64,000 nt of DNA from Pyrinomonadaceae bacterium (GTDB taxonomy: Bacteria > Acidobacteriota > Blastocatellia > Pyrinomonadales > Pyrinomonadaceae): assembly GCA_036505595.1 (NCBI GenBank), contig DASXTE010000018.1:6915-70914 (forward strand), written 5' to 3'. Below the pieces are notes generated by a model. It worked only from the letters and a program-made list of their open reading frames with translations, did not search any database and had not been told where the DNA came from. The first letter of the stretch is position 1; every line of letters begins with the position of its first letter. Shown here one piece after another: positions 63,549 through 64,000 of this stretch. A program made the position numbers and the translations under genes.

Positions 63549-64000
63549 ATGAGTTCTTCGGCTCAACAAACCTGCCCGCGTGAGGAGATCGCGGCGTACC
63601 TTGACGGCGAGCTCAACGGTCGTGCTTTGCCGGTTTTTGAGGAACACATAAAGCAATGCGCCGAGTGTGCTGCCGAGTTGCGCAGTCAACGGCAACTGCT
63701 GTGCACTCTGGAAGCCGCGTTCAGCAACTCAGGTCGAATCAAACTGCCTGCGAACTTCACGCGCGTGGTTGCGGCGTACGCCGAGAGCGACATGCGCGGC
63801 TTGCGCCACAAATCCGAACGGCGGCGCGCACTGCAACTGTGCGCGCTGCTTGCCGTGGCGGCATTCACGCTGCTGGGCGCTGCGTCAGGAGCTTTGATCT
63901 TTCAGCCGGCGCGTGGTTTCATGCGACTAGTCGCGCGCGTCCTCGATCTGGTCTGGCAAACATTCGCCGACGCTGCGGAAGGGGCCACCATAGTCGCGCG
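63549..64000 (+). CDS. anti-sigma factor with zf-HC2 motif (3' end runs off the window)
   Basis: Found by hand; it is not in the ORF track. ATG 63549, open to the window end. MSSSAQQTCPREEIAAYLDGELNG...FEEHIKQCAECAAEL carries the H-x3-C-x2-C motif. A TM segment lies near LQLCALLAVAAFTLLGAA. Confidence 0.75.
   Translation, partial: MSSSAQQTCPREEIAAYLDGELNGRALPVFEEHIKQCAECAAELRSQRQLLCTLEAAFSNSGRIKLPANFTRVVAAYAESDMRGLRHKSERRRALQLCALLAVAAFTLLGAASGALIFQPARGFMRLVARVLDLVWQTFADAAEGATIVA

Overview
This 64-kb window is chromosomal and mostly housekeeping. It comes from a moderately GC-rich Gram-negative bacterium. The gene content (PEGA-domain and Spy/CpxP-like periplasmic proteins, a TPR-secretin, many small REP-type repeats) suggests an Acidobacteriota-like soil organism, but that is inference only.

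I support about 60 protein-coding genes and one tRNA-Ser(GCT). I found no rRNA, CRISPR array, transposase, integrase or phage genes.

Recognisable genes:
- Core genes: rpoD, aroB, lpxD, recR, ybaB, hutI, gltX, dxs, tlyA, nadK, queF and a Klenow-like polA.
- An organoarsenical cluster: arsR and arsN, divergent from arsI and arsC.
- An exopolysaccharide locus: a fused GH18-like/CE4 deacetylase/GT2 synthase plus two GT-C-type membrane proteins.
- A T2SS-like cluster: gspF, gspE, a TPR-secretin-cohesin, two pseudopilins and a PilM-like protein. It is bracketed by two ECF sigma/anti-sigma modules.

Most unusual observations:
1. At 11 or more sites the spacer between genes is an inverted repeat whose arms are tandem ~7-nt words, and the word differs from locus to locus. 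One of these encloses a complete four-helix-bundle gene. One lies in frame inside a CDS. One replaces the start region of a GspG-like pseudopilin.
2. A promoter-to-terminator leader lies upstream of the exopolysaccharide synthase. It has a 16-nt perfect complement of the 16S rRNA 3' tail, an 11-codon mini-ORF and competing hairpins.
3. A large radical SAM protein has a Tes/GDGT-MAS-like layout.
4. REP-like repeats are embedded in frame in a radical SAM gene.

All homology calls come from motif recognition by eye. No searches or calculations were run.
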